64,000 nucleotides of DNA, from NCBI RefSeq assembly GCF_009914755.1, contig NC_060939.1, one strand, 5' to 3'. Shown here in pieces: positions 39,630 to 55,564 of the stretch (the first letter of the stretch is position 1; every line of letters begins with the position of its first letter). The stretch is from the human T2T-CHM13v2.0 reference genome, Homo sapiens. Position numbers and translations under genes: made by a program. The notes under the pieces were generated by a model that was not told where the DNA came from, made no database searches, and saw only the letters and a program-made list of their open reading frames with translations.

Positions 39630-39870
39630 AAGCAGTAGGGCTGTGAAATGAGACAGATCTTGTTTGAGTCCTGATCCACTGTAGCTGTGTGGCTTAGGAC
39701 AAGATACTTAAACCTCTTCAGTCTTATTTTTCTTATTTTAAAATTTGGTTGACAATATTGGTAACTACTGCAGAGTGTTGTGGACTTTAAGCAAAACAAG
39801 AAGTTTAAAGCATTTAGTACCAATACCTGGTCGTAGTAGAGACTTACACATTAAAAAATGATTAATTTTT
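39630..39870 (+). mobile_element. MIR
   Basis: gtagctgtgtggcttaggacaagatacttaaacctcttcagtc...aaagcatttagtaccaatacctgg. Confidence 0.65.
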
Positions 39871-39979
39871 GTGCACCTGAAACATAGAAAACTCTGTAAG
39901 AACAGGAATGAAGTAGTTATACCTTGAGCCGTTGGGTGCTTGCGTGGGAAACCGCAACCATAAAAAGTTGCCTGCTTTT

Positions 39980-40304
<325 letters not shown>

Positions 40305-41981
40305 TCAAAACATTTATTGAATATTGCAAGGCATTGGACAAGTTTGTGTGCGATATACAAGTATGTCTTTAAGACAACATCCATGTGTTTTGGAGTCTTG
40401 TAATTGAGTGAAGGAAGAGAAAATTTGTATATAAAACAATGAAATTTTTAAAAAATCATATAGTAAACTGCGAAATAGAAAGAAGGAACTGGTGTGGGAG
40501 ATCAGAGAGCTGGATGTAAGCCCTGGGCTCTTGTTGGTTCTGTGGCCTTGGATTGGTCTTATATACTTTCTAACCTTTGGTTTCCTCATCTGGAAAGTGA
40601 ACATTGGTTTCCAAGATCTCAAGTTTTCTACTGGGCCTGAAGATTCTAAGTCCAGTAGCATTATTACTGCCATTCAGACTGATGCCATTCAGTCAGACTG
40701 CTATTCAGACTGAGTCATCAGGGACTCAAGAAATGATTTATGGAGAGGAAGTACATTCAGGCCTGTTCTTGAGATTTCTCTAGGCAGAGAAGGGAGAGTG
40801 GTTTTAGAGGATATCAGAGCAAAAGCTCAGAAATAGAAAACGACAGAATGTATTTGTAGTTATCCATACAACTCACATCAGAAGATGGATGTAGTCAAGT
40901 GAAACTGTTTTAAATTGAACTAAATTTTATTGAAAATCTCTCCTGTAACAAGCACTAGCCTGGGACTTCTCCTTATATTACCTAACTTAATCCACCACCA
41001 ATATGGTGTGATAGGCATCAATACCCCTTTTTTGGAGATGAGGCAGGGATCTACATGCCACTGACCACCGAACCTCACAGATAATCCCAAAGGGCGAAAT
41101 AAATTCTCTCGAGCAAACAACACACCTGGGTCCACATCTGGCCCATAGACCACCAGTTGTCAATGTTTGGTATGTGGAAACTAAAGTTCAGAGAGACTAG
41201 ATGACTTAAATGGTACAGAGTGTTCGTATAATAAATTATGTTGAAATTTAAGTTTCCTGAATCCATGTCTGGTGCCTCTTCCACTATATGATCTTCTTAT
41301 TAGAAAAACTGGAAGAGAAATCTGGGGAGATAGGTAGGCTCAGATCGTGAACAGCCTTGAAAATCAGCCCGAGATTTGGATTGTATTCAGTGACCAACCA
41401 CAGGCTTTGAGTAGGATTTTGCTAGAATCAAAGTGGTTCCATGGGGTAGTTAATACAAAGATGAAAGAATATGGTTAAAAGGGTAAATTTAAGAATGGGA
41501 TTCTAAGGATAGAAGTGGCAGAGTAGATTCAGAATGACAGCGAAAAAAGATGAAATGTGAAAAAGGACATGACTGGATATTGATAAAACCAAGGAGGGGA
41601 ATTAATCAAATGAGAAGTTCCAGGCCTAGTTAGCTCTTTCTTAGGCCACCCTCCCTGTTTTATGTGAAGAAACTGACATGTACAGAGAGTAGTTGAAACC
41701 ATGTGAGTGATTCAAGGAAAAACATTAAAATCCTCTGATGAAATCCTTTGTTTATGAGCACAATTTACCAGAACACGAACTGCCTTTGGGGCTTTCCTTT
41801 GCTTGTCTCCATAACTAAAGTAGAGTCCCACTGCTGATTCAGAAACATATCTGCCATTAAGATGGGGTAGGGTTCTAAGTTTTTACCAAGAAAATTAACC
41901 AACCCAATTGTGGTGAAAATTTTGGTTTGATAAGTGAGCATAACTTTATGTGAAGGACTTAGCTAGGTTAGGTGGAAGGAT

Positions 41982-41985
<4 letters not shown>

Positions 41986-42026
<41 letters not shown>
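41986..42026. repeat. (TG)~20 microsatellite
   Basis: Seen directly. Confidence 0.95.
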
Positions 42027-42028
<2 letters not shown>

Positions 42029-45000
42029 ATTTCATCAGTTTTTCTGTTTTAATGGTTTCTTTTTTGCCATTGTTTATCTGCCAGTACCCTGATTATGCAG
42101 TTGCCCTTTATAACCAAAAATGGATACTTTTTTTTCTTCCTGCGGTAGAACTTCAACAAATGCTGCTTTGAATCTGAAACTGGCAGAACTGATGGAAAGA
42201 CAAGTACCAAATGCTCAAGTATATCTGACATGATGCATTTGAAGCATTTTGTATCTTAGTAATGAAAGAAAAAATTGTAAACTTGAGTAAATTATATTTA
42301 ATTACAAAAAGTCTATAGAATATAGAGGTAAATTGAGAGTATAAAGTAGCCAACTGTTTCTGTTGACTTTAAATAGTGTCAATTCAAACACTATGTCGGG
42401 CAAATGTTGAAAAAACTGAAATGATCAGTGTAGATTTTAGTTCAATTTGAAAAATATTTATTTAACTGCCAATCTTATTAAAAGAAGAAACCTTTTAAAG
42501 TATATTGGAAATAAGTTGACTGCTCTCTTACCTAAAGGGATCTTAATTATAAATGACTCATACATAAAAAAATTAAAATGTAGCAAAGCAATACTGAAGG
42601 TAATATAATATAAATATTATATAAAATTCAAATATATCTAGTATATTGCATTCTTCAAAAATAATCTGGGCTGGAATTACTTTTTATGTGGCACAGACCT
42701 CTCCTGTTCCCGGCAATTCCAGAAAGTTCAGAAGTCACGTGGGAAAATATTGTAACATGGGAAATTATACTTAATATTAAATATGCAATGAATCAACATA
42801 CAATGGTTTGTCTAAATGTTGACAGAAATCATGTGAACCATATTTTTTATTATGTAGCTACCCTAAGATGGAAAATTGTTTGGTGTTCGTTTCCAAAAGG
42901 AATCCTTCGTCAGAATGTTTGTGGGCTTTATTTTTTTTTTCTTCTCTCTCATTCTCTTTCACTTTCTCTTTCTCTTTTAAGGTAATATACTTTGCTCTCT
43001 GTGAAGCCCTTTGACTTGAAGAAATAGTGATCTAAGATAATGTCCTGCCATCCAGAAGAATTGTAGGCACGGGAGAGATTGAAATTGGTGTGTAATGTTA
43101 TTGCTTCCTTCATTTCATAACTGTAAAGCAATGTGCTAATCAAAGAGCCAGTCTGTGTGCACATGCGAGCTCTCTGTCTGGGAGGCAGACCTGATGCAGA
43201 CCAGAACCCCTGCTTTCCAGGTGGGCTACAGTCTATGAGGCTCCTTCTGTGTTCTGTATTTTGACTTGCTTAGACTTTCAGATAAAACTTAAAGTTACAG
43301 CAATATCTTTTTTTTTTTTTTTGCCAGAGTTAAGTCAGATAAACTTGAATATTCAAGTTAATGTTTATTTACTGACTTACTTCAATATAGAATATTTCTT
43401 TTTTTCTTTAAAAAGAGTGCTAAGAATATTTCCGAGCTTTGCAGGATGCATCTCATTTGGGTCTCTTTTTTCTTACTGGGGCAAAGTAAATATACAAAAT
43501 GAACCCCACACCATTTATATCAGAGTAAGAAACACAAACTTTAGATGTGATTTTAATATGATGCATGTGGGGAAAGGATTCCACAGCAACTGCTTAGTAC
43601 CATCTTTCATTTATTTTTTTGCCTAGAATCCTGGACAGGGTGGGTCATTTTCTTCACGCATTGCTCCTGTTCACATTTTTTTTTCTTTCTTTAAAATTGC
43701 GGAGGCTTGGCTGTTGCTATTTGGTGTTGCTTGACCCTTCTGGTCTCGCAATGACTCCCGGGGGTGAAGGAGAGCTTCCTAAAGTTCTGAAGGAGAAAAT
43801 TTAATCAGCAAAGTAATCATTTCTGCTGTGATGGAAAAAAGGAGGCCGGTATGAATGACAAAACAGCTGTGGACCACCAAAAAAGTCAACTGGAATTGGA
43901 AGGAGGGAGACCTAAAAAAAAAAATTGCTTCGAAGGCATAGCATTAAAGGGAAAATGAATCAGAAAAGAGATCTGAAGTGCTAGAATGCACTGCTTAATA
44001 ACTTTAAATAGTCCATTGAGTCTTCCGGAATTTTTTTTGTTCTTCTTCAAGAATAATCTGCTTACATCGTTAAGACCTCAGCTAAGCTCAGTAACACAAA
44101 TTACCAGATGTTGTATCCCCTAGTTTTTCCATCAAAAGACCAACCACCAAGCTTGTTGAAAGAGAAAGGTCATTGTCCCTCCCTGGCTATAAAACTATTT
44201 TTGCAACTCCTAACAAATGAAATGAGAATACCTTTCAGCTGTAGAAGGAACCTATCTCCCGCTCCTTCGAAGTCCCCCTGTTTGGCTTTGTTATTTTCTA
44301 ATAACGCACTCATGTGTAAGCTAATAACGTGAACAGAGGGAAAATGAAGAGACTTAAAAAAAAAAAAAAAAAAGGAAAAAAGCAGAATGAATTAGGGCAA
44401 TTGAGGTCGCTCTGTTTCATTTTTGCTGGAAGGATTTTAGCCCTAGTTTTTACCTTATCGCTTATTACACAATTTACGATAAAATGAGATGTGATTCCAT
44501 TCTTATTGTTGTGCTATAGTCTATTGAACATGCATATATAGAATTCATTTCAGATTTAAACACTATCTTAATTATAAACTGAATAAAATGGACAACCTAT
44601 CAGGTTTTCTAAATTGCATTCTAACAAATAGTTTCATTTTTTATCACATTTCTACTGTTGACATATTGGGTATAATAATGTTCAGGGAATATTCCCTTTT
44701 AATGCAGTGTCTTAATTGTGCCAAAGTATTTCCCATGTGACAACTAATAGTTTATTTCTGACTTACAAGTTTGAGAACTTTAACCGTATGTCATGCCTTG
44801 CAATATTTTTCATGATGATCTGCTTAAATAACACTATCAGGAATTTTTTTTTGTTTTAAAATCACCTACAAATGATATATATTTTGCATATTGAAAAGAC
44901 ATCATAAGTATATTACATGTAACTTTCTATTTTCTTTAATAAATAATGTGATTGCTTGTATTTAGGATTCATTTACAGACACTTTTCCAACAAAAGACTT

Positions 45001-45895
45001 ACGTACATTAAGTTGAAAATATTGAAAGAAATATTTCAATTGTGATTAAAAATGAAATACCCAGTTAATGGAATATAGAATGCAATTTTTAAAGAAAAAC
45101 ATATGTGCCAGAACCTGAAAAGTTAAGTCTTATTTTTATATTTACTCACTACAAACTGTGAACGTTGCTTTAAATGAAAAATACGTACCTGATTAAACAT
45201 ATAGTTTTAAAGTAGTCCTAAATATAGTATATTTAAAGTAATCCTTCAAAGTAATTCTGAGTTAATAGCATGGGTCCTAATCCTCAGAATGTAATGCTAT
45301 GTATTCTTTAAAAACGCTGATTTGTATTCATATGATATTTTAAAATGTAAAAGAATAATCATGCTGAGAAAAATCTGACATTGGAAACTGAAGACAACAT
45401 ATAATTTTGTAATTAAAGGTAAATTTTTCATATGTGCAGCATTTGTTGAAGAATTTCTAACTTAAAAATCACTTAAATTTAATTTTACATGTCAAATACA
45501 TAACTATTTCACTGACACAGGGGAAAGAATTTAATTAGCACTTTAATGTTAATTGTTTATTAATGTGTTAAGCTTATCAAACTGCCTCATTTAACTTAAT
45601 AGATATTGCTATACTTTCGTATATTATTCTAATAAAGTATACAATTTGGATTTTTTTCCCTTCTTTTTCAAGTTCCCATGCAACACCTACACGTAAACCT
45701 GGCCAACTGGTCTGTTAGAACAGAGCGGGGTGTTTCCTGAAGTTTGAACCTAAACTATTAAATAAAACAGTTATCCTGCAAGACCCAAGAGCTATTACTG
45801 CCTACTAATGTCGTCTTGCAGATACTTTTTTTGAACAGTACACAAGAAAGTTGATTCATTTCTCTCTCTCTTTGACTATAAGTAGGGGGTTGTCC

Positions 45896-45897
<2 letters not shown>

Positions 45898-45943
<46 letters not shown>
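45898..45943. repeat. (AC)~22 microsatellite
   Basis: Seen directly. Confidence 0.95.
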
Positions 45944-45945
<2 letters not shown>

Positions 45946-47933
45946 TTTTAGTCATTTTTTTCAATTTAAATGATTTGCTATCACAGTTACTCCATCTTTT
46001 ATCTCTAAAATAGTTTCAACCCTGTTAATGTGTGCATGTACTTTTTTCTTATCAGCCTCTCAGCAGCATTTGTGATTCATAGCAGCCATCAAAGTGATAA
46101 TAAACTCATTCACAATACTAACAAACACGGGGCTCCCAGTTATTTACGAGGCAAATTCACTGCAAGGCTGGGCTGTGGAACGGGAGAATCAAGATGGTGT
46201 TGATTGATAAATTGACAGGTTAATTTACAAGTGGATAATAGGAGTTAGACCCAGAGGGAAAGAAGGAAGGTCTGAATTCTAGCTTGGTTGCACTGCCATC
46301 TGTCTTATGCCCAGAAAGCTGCAGGACTGCTGGCTGGCAGGATCAAATACATACACATTCTTCATAACTTAAAGACAAAGACCTCCATTTACTGCTTTTT
46401 GATGGGTTTGTTGCCTTGGTTCTTCACACAATTGACCCTCAATATGTCACAAACAGTGCCACGTCTCAGTGTTTTTTATAAGTGCCACTTAGAACATGAC
46501 TTAGAATAAGTTATTCTGTCAGTTTCACAAAAACAATGAACAAAATTGCTTTCAAGACTATATTTCACAAATATTAATTGTCATTGGATTGTTGAAGAGT
46601 GAATGCATTCTTTCAGATTTCCAAAGCCTCTGAGATGTCCTTGTTCTAGGATGTACATCGCCCCCCACCACCCCCACAAAAAACACACATATACCTTTTC
46701 TTTTTCATCCTTGGTATTTAGATGCTATTGGTCTAGCTATTTACAAGATAGGGTAAAGCAAATTGTATGAATCTCATGTTAAACATTTGCATCACTGTTT
46801 TTCCTAGAGTTTTATTGTTGTAAATTTGAACATATTTCATAATTTTAAACAATAAGTTTACAAAGTTCTTTTCAAAATGGAGTACTAGTGCATTTGTTTA
46901 TGTTTCATTTCCAGTGAAATATTTTATTGTACAGGCCAGCCATTTTTATTTTAGTTTTGTAGGAACAGGCCATTAAAAATCTTTTAGGTCTTGTGTAACA
47001 GGGACATATTATCATAAGTTCTCAGGAAATTGCCTCGATTGGGCTAGTGCCACTGTGAGTTAGATGGCAAATTTGCAACTACTGTCACTTTGGGAGAAAA
47101 CCTAGTCTTTGGTCTTTTAAAATTGGTTGGTTAGCAGCAGTGGCTATGCTGGGGGCCTCCAAAATTGCCGGGCTGTGGTTCTTACTTGCCAGCACTTATA
47201 ATTCTGAAAGTCGCCGGTCTCAACCCAAACCTTTTCTCCCCATATCGCTACATTGTAGGCGAACACCCTTCTCAGATTCCAAATCCATTTAATGCTTAGT
47301 TCATGTTAAAACTTGGTAGGTTTGAACAAATACTGAGGAGTTCAACACATTTTCAAAGGAAATTGAAAAAGGCACAAAAGAGCATGTCTGCTCAGCTTCT
47401 GCAATTCATTACGAAATGCCAACACTAATATTATTTTTAAACAGATTGCTCCTATTAATCAAGGTATTAAAATAAACTATTAAAATTATGCCTCTAGTTG
47501 AGTAACATGAGAAAGCCCATGGAAAATATCTGGTCAAGAATGAATGTCAGAAAAATAAAAACAAATAACTTTGCATGCATGGAATTTTATGGTGTCACAA
47601 GGTTAAAAATGTCCCCTTAAAGGGTAAATATCCTTTGAAAAGAAAATGCATTTATGTGTGAATGGGAGGTTGAATGGCCTTTACTGCTTTGTTTAAACAT
47701 AGACAATCATCTTTGTAATTTTTTTTGGCAAGTTGTATATTTTTCAAAAGAGACTCATAAAAGATCGCATGTTTAAGATTGCTAATTTTTCTTGATGTGG
47801 TGACTTTTTTATTAAAAGGGAGTCTTTTCTTCAGTAAAGTGTTTAAGTAGTTTTTAAATTTCACAATCTACAGATTGAAAACCTAAATTCTTTCCTCAGA
47901 CTGTGAAGCAAGGCATTTTCTTTCTGAGGACTA

Positions 47934-48157
47934 CTTAAACTTTGCATTATATATTTTCTATTTAAAGTCTCAGTGACAACAAGTGTTATGCAAAATAGGA
48001 AAATAATTGATAAGACAGCTTATAGAAATGTATGCTTTTATACATATTTATATAGGGAATGTAATAGAAGAAAAATATGCTCAAAATTTAGTTTAATACT
48101 TATCTCCTGTCTCTAAATTCCAATTGTAAAACTGTTAGATTCATAGAGGCATAATTT
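47934..48157 (+). repeat. ~225-bp direct duplication, copy 1
   Basis: Collinear with 49432-49653 (ttatgcaaaatag...agaaatgtatgcttttata...taatagaagaaaaat...tctctaaattcca...ggcataattt). Confidence 0.9.
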
Positions 48158-48452
48158 CTAATATATTATACTTTTTAACTTAAAATATGTTAACTTCCTA
48201 GAGATTTGTTTTTAGTGAATAATTCTCAAACCTCATGACTCCACTAAGATGTAGCAGAACTCGTTTTCATCAGAAGCATGTTGACATGGAAGAGAATAAA
48301 GGCCCAATGCAAGAATGGGCAGTCATTGATAATTTTATTTGTTTAAAATTGTGAATTATTTTTAGTAAGTGGACTTCTCTCCCGTGCACAATTAAGAAGA
48401 GGCTTTGTCTTTTTTTCTCCTCAGGTACTAAAATAAATTCTGAAGCCAAGAT

Positions 48453-48478
48453 AACAACAACAACAACAACAACAACAA
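48453..48478. repeat. (AAC)n microsatellite
   Basis: Seen directly. Confidence 0.9.
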
Positions 48479-49431
48479 AGATATCAGATCTAATATCCCA
48501 CCCAATTTCTGAGTTAAGCCAGTGACAGGTATATTTCGAAGCAAGACTATTTAGACACATTGATTTTTGTTGTCACTTTCTTCTTATTTCATATGTCACA
48601 TCAAGGCTTGGAAATCGGATGAATGTAAGAAGGGTCCGCTGATCACTGTTCCTCAGGAGGAATTTTCAAAGTCAGCTAGCTGTGCTTGATGAAAGTGGTC
48701 CTGCATAGAGCTCCACTCTGCCTGCAGGGAAGTTTAGGCAAACTACACTTTACCACTTCACTCCTATTACTAGGATTCTTGGTTGTCAAGGAGGCATCTA
48801 TTTAACTGAAGTCTGGTAAATCTCAAAAGTAAAGTATTAGGGAGGAAAAAAAGCTTAAATCATCTTTTTTCCTCTTACTTCAAAGTCCTTTTAAATGAAC
48901 ATGCAACTCCAATTCTGGTAAACAAATTTTATGAAGTAAGTCGTGCAGGTAATGCGTTCTTCAATTGTATGCTTCCAGGATAACATGTTGACATCCAATC
49001 TTTGTGTTTTGAAGAGTTTGTAATAATAAATAGAAATCAATGCTGGAGAGTGAAGGGTGCATCAATTATATTTCTTTTATCTCAAAGATTCTTTCCATGT
49101 TGTATCTATCCTTCCTCGTGAAATTTTTTTCACATTGTAAAGTGTACTGTAGCTTAATTGGCAACATAGATGCTGAGTGCTGATCAAGTCTAAATTATAT
49201 TTGACAGAAATGAAACTGGCTTTATTTTATGTGAAATATAAAATATTATCATGGTCCTTGAGTTTGAAAAGGGAGATTGTGCGTGTGTGTGTGTATGTGT
49301 ATCATATTTAAAAGGCAATTTCTGAATAGGTATAAATTTTTTAAAAATAAGTTAGGAAAAATACTGAATAGCTTTTTAGTCCTGAAAAATAAGCGAACAA
49401 GATAGTTGAAAAATATTAAGTGCAGTTCGAC

Positions 49432-49653
49432 TTTAAGCTTTGCATAATATATCGTCTATTTAAGAGCTTAGTGACAAAAACTTATGCAAAATAGAAAAAT
49501 AATTGATAGCCAGTTTTGAGAAATGTATGCTTTTATATCACATTTATATAGGGAGTCTAATAGAAGAAAAATGTGTTCAAAATTCAGTCTAATATTAGTC
49601 TCCTATCTCTAAATTCCAGTTGTAAAACTATTGGAGTTACAGGGGCATAATTT
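49432..49653 (+). repeat. ~225-bp direct duplication, copy 2
   Basis: Collinear with 47934-48157. Confidence 0.9.
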
Positions 49654-50386
49654 AAGTAAGTGATAAAATGTTTCAAACTAATATTATTTAGAAAAAATGT
49701 GGCTTATTTCTACCACTTAAAAAAGGGGAAGTCTAAAACGGACTGATAAAGTCTCAAGAGGATGCGGTTTGGGCACTTTGAGGGAGGCACCCTGCTTAGT
49801 TCTGAAGCCGACTAGGACTGAGGGCTCCTGGACAGACCCTACAGTTTTAATGGTCATAGTCTCAAGTCTAAAACATTGCAGGGACATTTGGGCAGGAGAG
49901 AAGGATCATGGATGCCATTCTAGTGTCACAGAGGGATTTCCTTTTCAGAGCACTTACAGTGCCTTCCCCGCCTGTGGTTGAGCTAGATTTCCTTTAGGAA
50001 ATTTTATTTGAGCCCACAGGGAGAGAGCACTTGCTAAGTTGTAATTTCCTCTGATTTGAGATACAGCATCTGCAGGCCTCCTGTGTAGGATCACTCAGTA
50101 AAAAAACAAAAACAAAAAACCAAACCAACACCCCCCACCCCACCAGGGTTTATCTTTTAAACTTGGCTGAATACCCAGTCATTTGTAACTCAAATTTTCC
50201 CTTAACAATGTACTTTCTTTAAAAATACATTCAAGTAATTGTGTGGACATTCTTGGACAGTGGTGTATCAGACTGTGTTAACTGCTTATTCACATGATAT
50301 TTTTAGCCTAAATAAAAGTTTATCTTAGGCACGTTATTTGAACAATTGAATTAAGTTAATTAAAAGAGTAGAATGTTAATATATTA

Positions 50387-51686
<1,300 letters not shown>

Positions 51687-52074
51687 GAAAAACTGGGATT
51701 GAAGTCAAAACGCTAAATCAGAGAACAGATTATAAAAGAAGTTATAAAGAATATTCTGGAGGAGAAAACTGTATAATTTCTAAAGTTCTCAACCTGTGTG
51801 ATCTTGTATTCCAGCCTTTCCAGTTCCACCTTCTCCTCCTTTGAAAAGAAGGAAGCTAAGACCTAGAAAGCTGAAATAAGGTTCTGCATCCCCATGGATA
51901 GTTCATACCAAAGCAGTGGCCAGGATCCCGTTCTGTGGATACTCCTACCAGCTTGTTTCCTAGATCAGCACTCTGCAGACAGTTCCTGTGGCGGGACAAT
52001 GATAGTAGCTACAGAGAGCAAAGAAAGTCAGCTTGCCACTGAGCCTCAGTTTTTACATCCTAAAAATGGAGATG

Positions 52075-52450
<376 letters not shown>

Positions 52451-52917
52451 TTAACTGAAAGCGGAATTGAAGAGAAAAAACCAAGAGAAGAATAGATATG
52501 GCGTTATTTATTATCAATGTAGATTCTTTCACCATCAATAGAGAATACAATGGAAACACAACGCAGGTGTTTGTGTGAATGTATATTTGTGTATGCATAT
52601 GTATATGTGTGCATGTGTGTAAGCGTATGTGTCGGGGAACGCAGGCTGGCGGCCATGGCAATGACTATCCCAGAACATACCACTGCAGAGTTACGGGGTC
52701 ATGAAGGCCTATCAGCTCACTTATGAGCACACACACACACACATAAACATGCAGATTATTTTGCATAGATATGCTTCTGACATATAATTATTTTGAATTT
52801 CATTAAACAAGACTGGAGTTTGGGGAGTAAAAGCCAGTCTCCTCTGATAAGAACAGTAAAGTCAAAAACCATCCTTGGTGTATTCTCAGGATGTTAGGAT
52901 CTGCTTAGAGAGTTAAG

Positions 52918-53458
52918 CAGTATGTGTATGTGTATGTGTATATTTGTGTGTGTGTAAGTGTGTACATGTGTTTATGTATATGCATGTGTATGTGTGTATA
53001 TATGTGCTTTTACATGGATGTGCATATGTGTGTATATGTGTATATTTGTGTCTGTGTGTGTATGTGTATACATGTATAATGTATTTATGTGTGGATGTGG
53101 ATCTGTGTATATGTGTGTGTATTTGCGCATTTGTGTTGATGTGTTGATGTGTATGTGAGTGCATATGTATGTGTATATGTGTGTTGTGTTTGTGGATGTT
53201 TGCATGTGTGCATGTCTATGCATGTGTATGTGGATACATGCTGCGTGTGTACATGTGTGTATGTGTATATATGTGTACACAGATGTGCATGCATGTGTAT
53301 GCACACATGTGTGCTATATGTATATATGTGTGTGGACGTGTGTACATGTATATGTGTACATGTGTAATATGTGGATGTGTGAATATGTGTGCATGTGTAA
53401 ATGTATTTGTGGATGTGTGTGCGTGTGTATATGTATTTGTGTGTGTGTGTCCATGTGT
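52918..53458. repeat. Degenerate (TG/TA/CA) alternating purine-pyrimidine simple repeat, ~540 bp
   Basis: Seen directly. It is the source of the many spurious C/V/Y/H/T-rich ORFs. Confidence 0.95.
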
Positions 53459-55149
53459 TAGGGGAGAATTGTGGTTGGGATTGCCACTGGGCATGTGAGA
53501 GAGGAGGAGCCAGCAGGAAGAAACACAATGAGAGGAGATGTAGATTAGTTTTACACAACTTTTGAAAATACTTTGTAAATTGACCGCAGGTTGGTCTTCG
53601 ATAGGGATCATAGTCAAAATCCTGGGAAATCAAGATTAATTTTAGGTCATATGTGGTCCCAAGGCAACTGGAAGACAGAAACTTCTGTGTATGTTTCAGC
53701 TGCTTTGGCAGGACTAGGATGGTCCCTTGATTCAAGAAACAAATGAATTTCACTAAAATGTCATCATACTGCAGCGAAAGTTATTCACTAATTTTATTTA
53801 ATGTGCTTTTCCATTGCTCTGATTGGCGACGGTGATGGTGAGGATGAAGATGAGGATGGTGATGAGGAAGACCATAGTGTTTATGCAGTGCTTGCTATGT
53901 TCTATTACTGTGGCTATTTCATAAATGAGGACATAGAAACTGGAGGCATTGGATACACTGTCCAAAGGCACCGAATAAGTAGATGATGGCAGTGAGATTT
54001 AAACCCAGGGAGGCTGGTCCGGAGACAAACGCTTAATCACTACATAGTACTCTCTTGCCAGAGGAATGGAGATATATTTTTGTCTTTGATGATTAGCAAT
54101 GAGAACTATGTATTTAGTAAATTGCCAGGAAAACCCCTTTTTTTAATTGGCGTAACCTCAATTCAAATATATAATATTCTGAGAAGTGTTCATCTGACAC
54201 CTCTTTCTTGCCTGTATCACACACCCATCAATAGCGTTTGCTCACATTTTCATACAGTCTGCCCCCTATCCCGCCATTTGGTCCCTAATAAAGTCAGGGC
54301 AGAAAACAGTTCATGTTTCTCGATATGATGAGAGTTGTATAGCACATCACATTTCTCTGTTTGTTGTCACCGCTAGAAAACTCAGAAGTAGGTTTTGCGT
54401 CCATTTGTTTTATTTTTTTCCTCATACAGCTCTTGGGAAATTATGATGTTTTTTGCGGGGGGAGATTTTAATGCTTATGCGAATTCTTTTTCTAAGGAAG
54501 TCATAGGGTTGAAGAAATATTTAAATAAATGAATCTCAAATATACATAAAAATTATCCAAGAAATGAATTGTAAAAGTGGCTGTATTTTTACACTACTAA
54601 TTCTGAGGATAGCTAGCTTGTTAATCTATAAAATATAAATATCACATTATGTTTTCTAATCATAAGAATAACAAATATCCAAAGTAGCAAATCTCACCAC
54701 ACAAAGAGAATGACCACCAACATATAAATCTTTTTATGAATCTATAGCTAATTAATAGCTATGAATCTATAACTAATTAATAGCTATAACTATATATAAT
54801 ATGTGTCTGTGTGTGTGCGCGTGTGTGTGTCTTTGTGTGTGTGTGTATGCAACCTATATTCTGGCCAATTTGGGATTATACAATGATACCATCTTATAAC
54901 CTGTTTTTTCCCGCATCTCAATTTTGAGTATTCTCCACATCACTATTTCTTCTCCCAGTTGTTTAAAACAACTCACACAGGGATTCAACTTACTACTGGC
55001 CTCCCATAAGTAAGAGTTCACATCAGCTATTGAAATGTCTATTTATAGGTAGCACCATAATCCACATAATCTTGCATAAATTCCCCTATGTAATTAAATT
55101 TATAGACTATTATTGAAGAGATTATTTTTCTTTCCCAGCAGACCTGAGA

Positions 55150-55564
<415 letters not shown>

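Noticed and set aside
47934-49653. Interpreting the 225-bp direct repeats as LTRs of a small retroelement
   Set aside because: No TG...CA termini, PBS, PPT or TSD, and no coding remnant between them.
52913-53753. Cluster of overlapping 66-222 aa ORFs rich in H/T/Y/C/V
   Set aside because: Artefact of a stop-poor (TG/TA) simple repeat.
53801-53986. ORF with an acidic DGDGEDEDEDGDEED stretch
   Set aside because: Produced by a short (GAT/GAG/GGT) triplet repeat adjoining a MIR; no supported exon structure.
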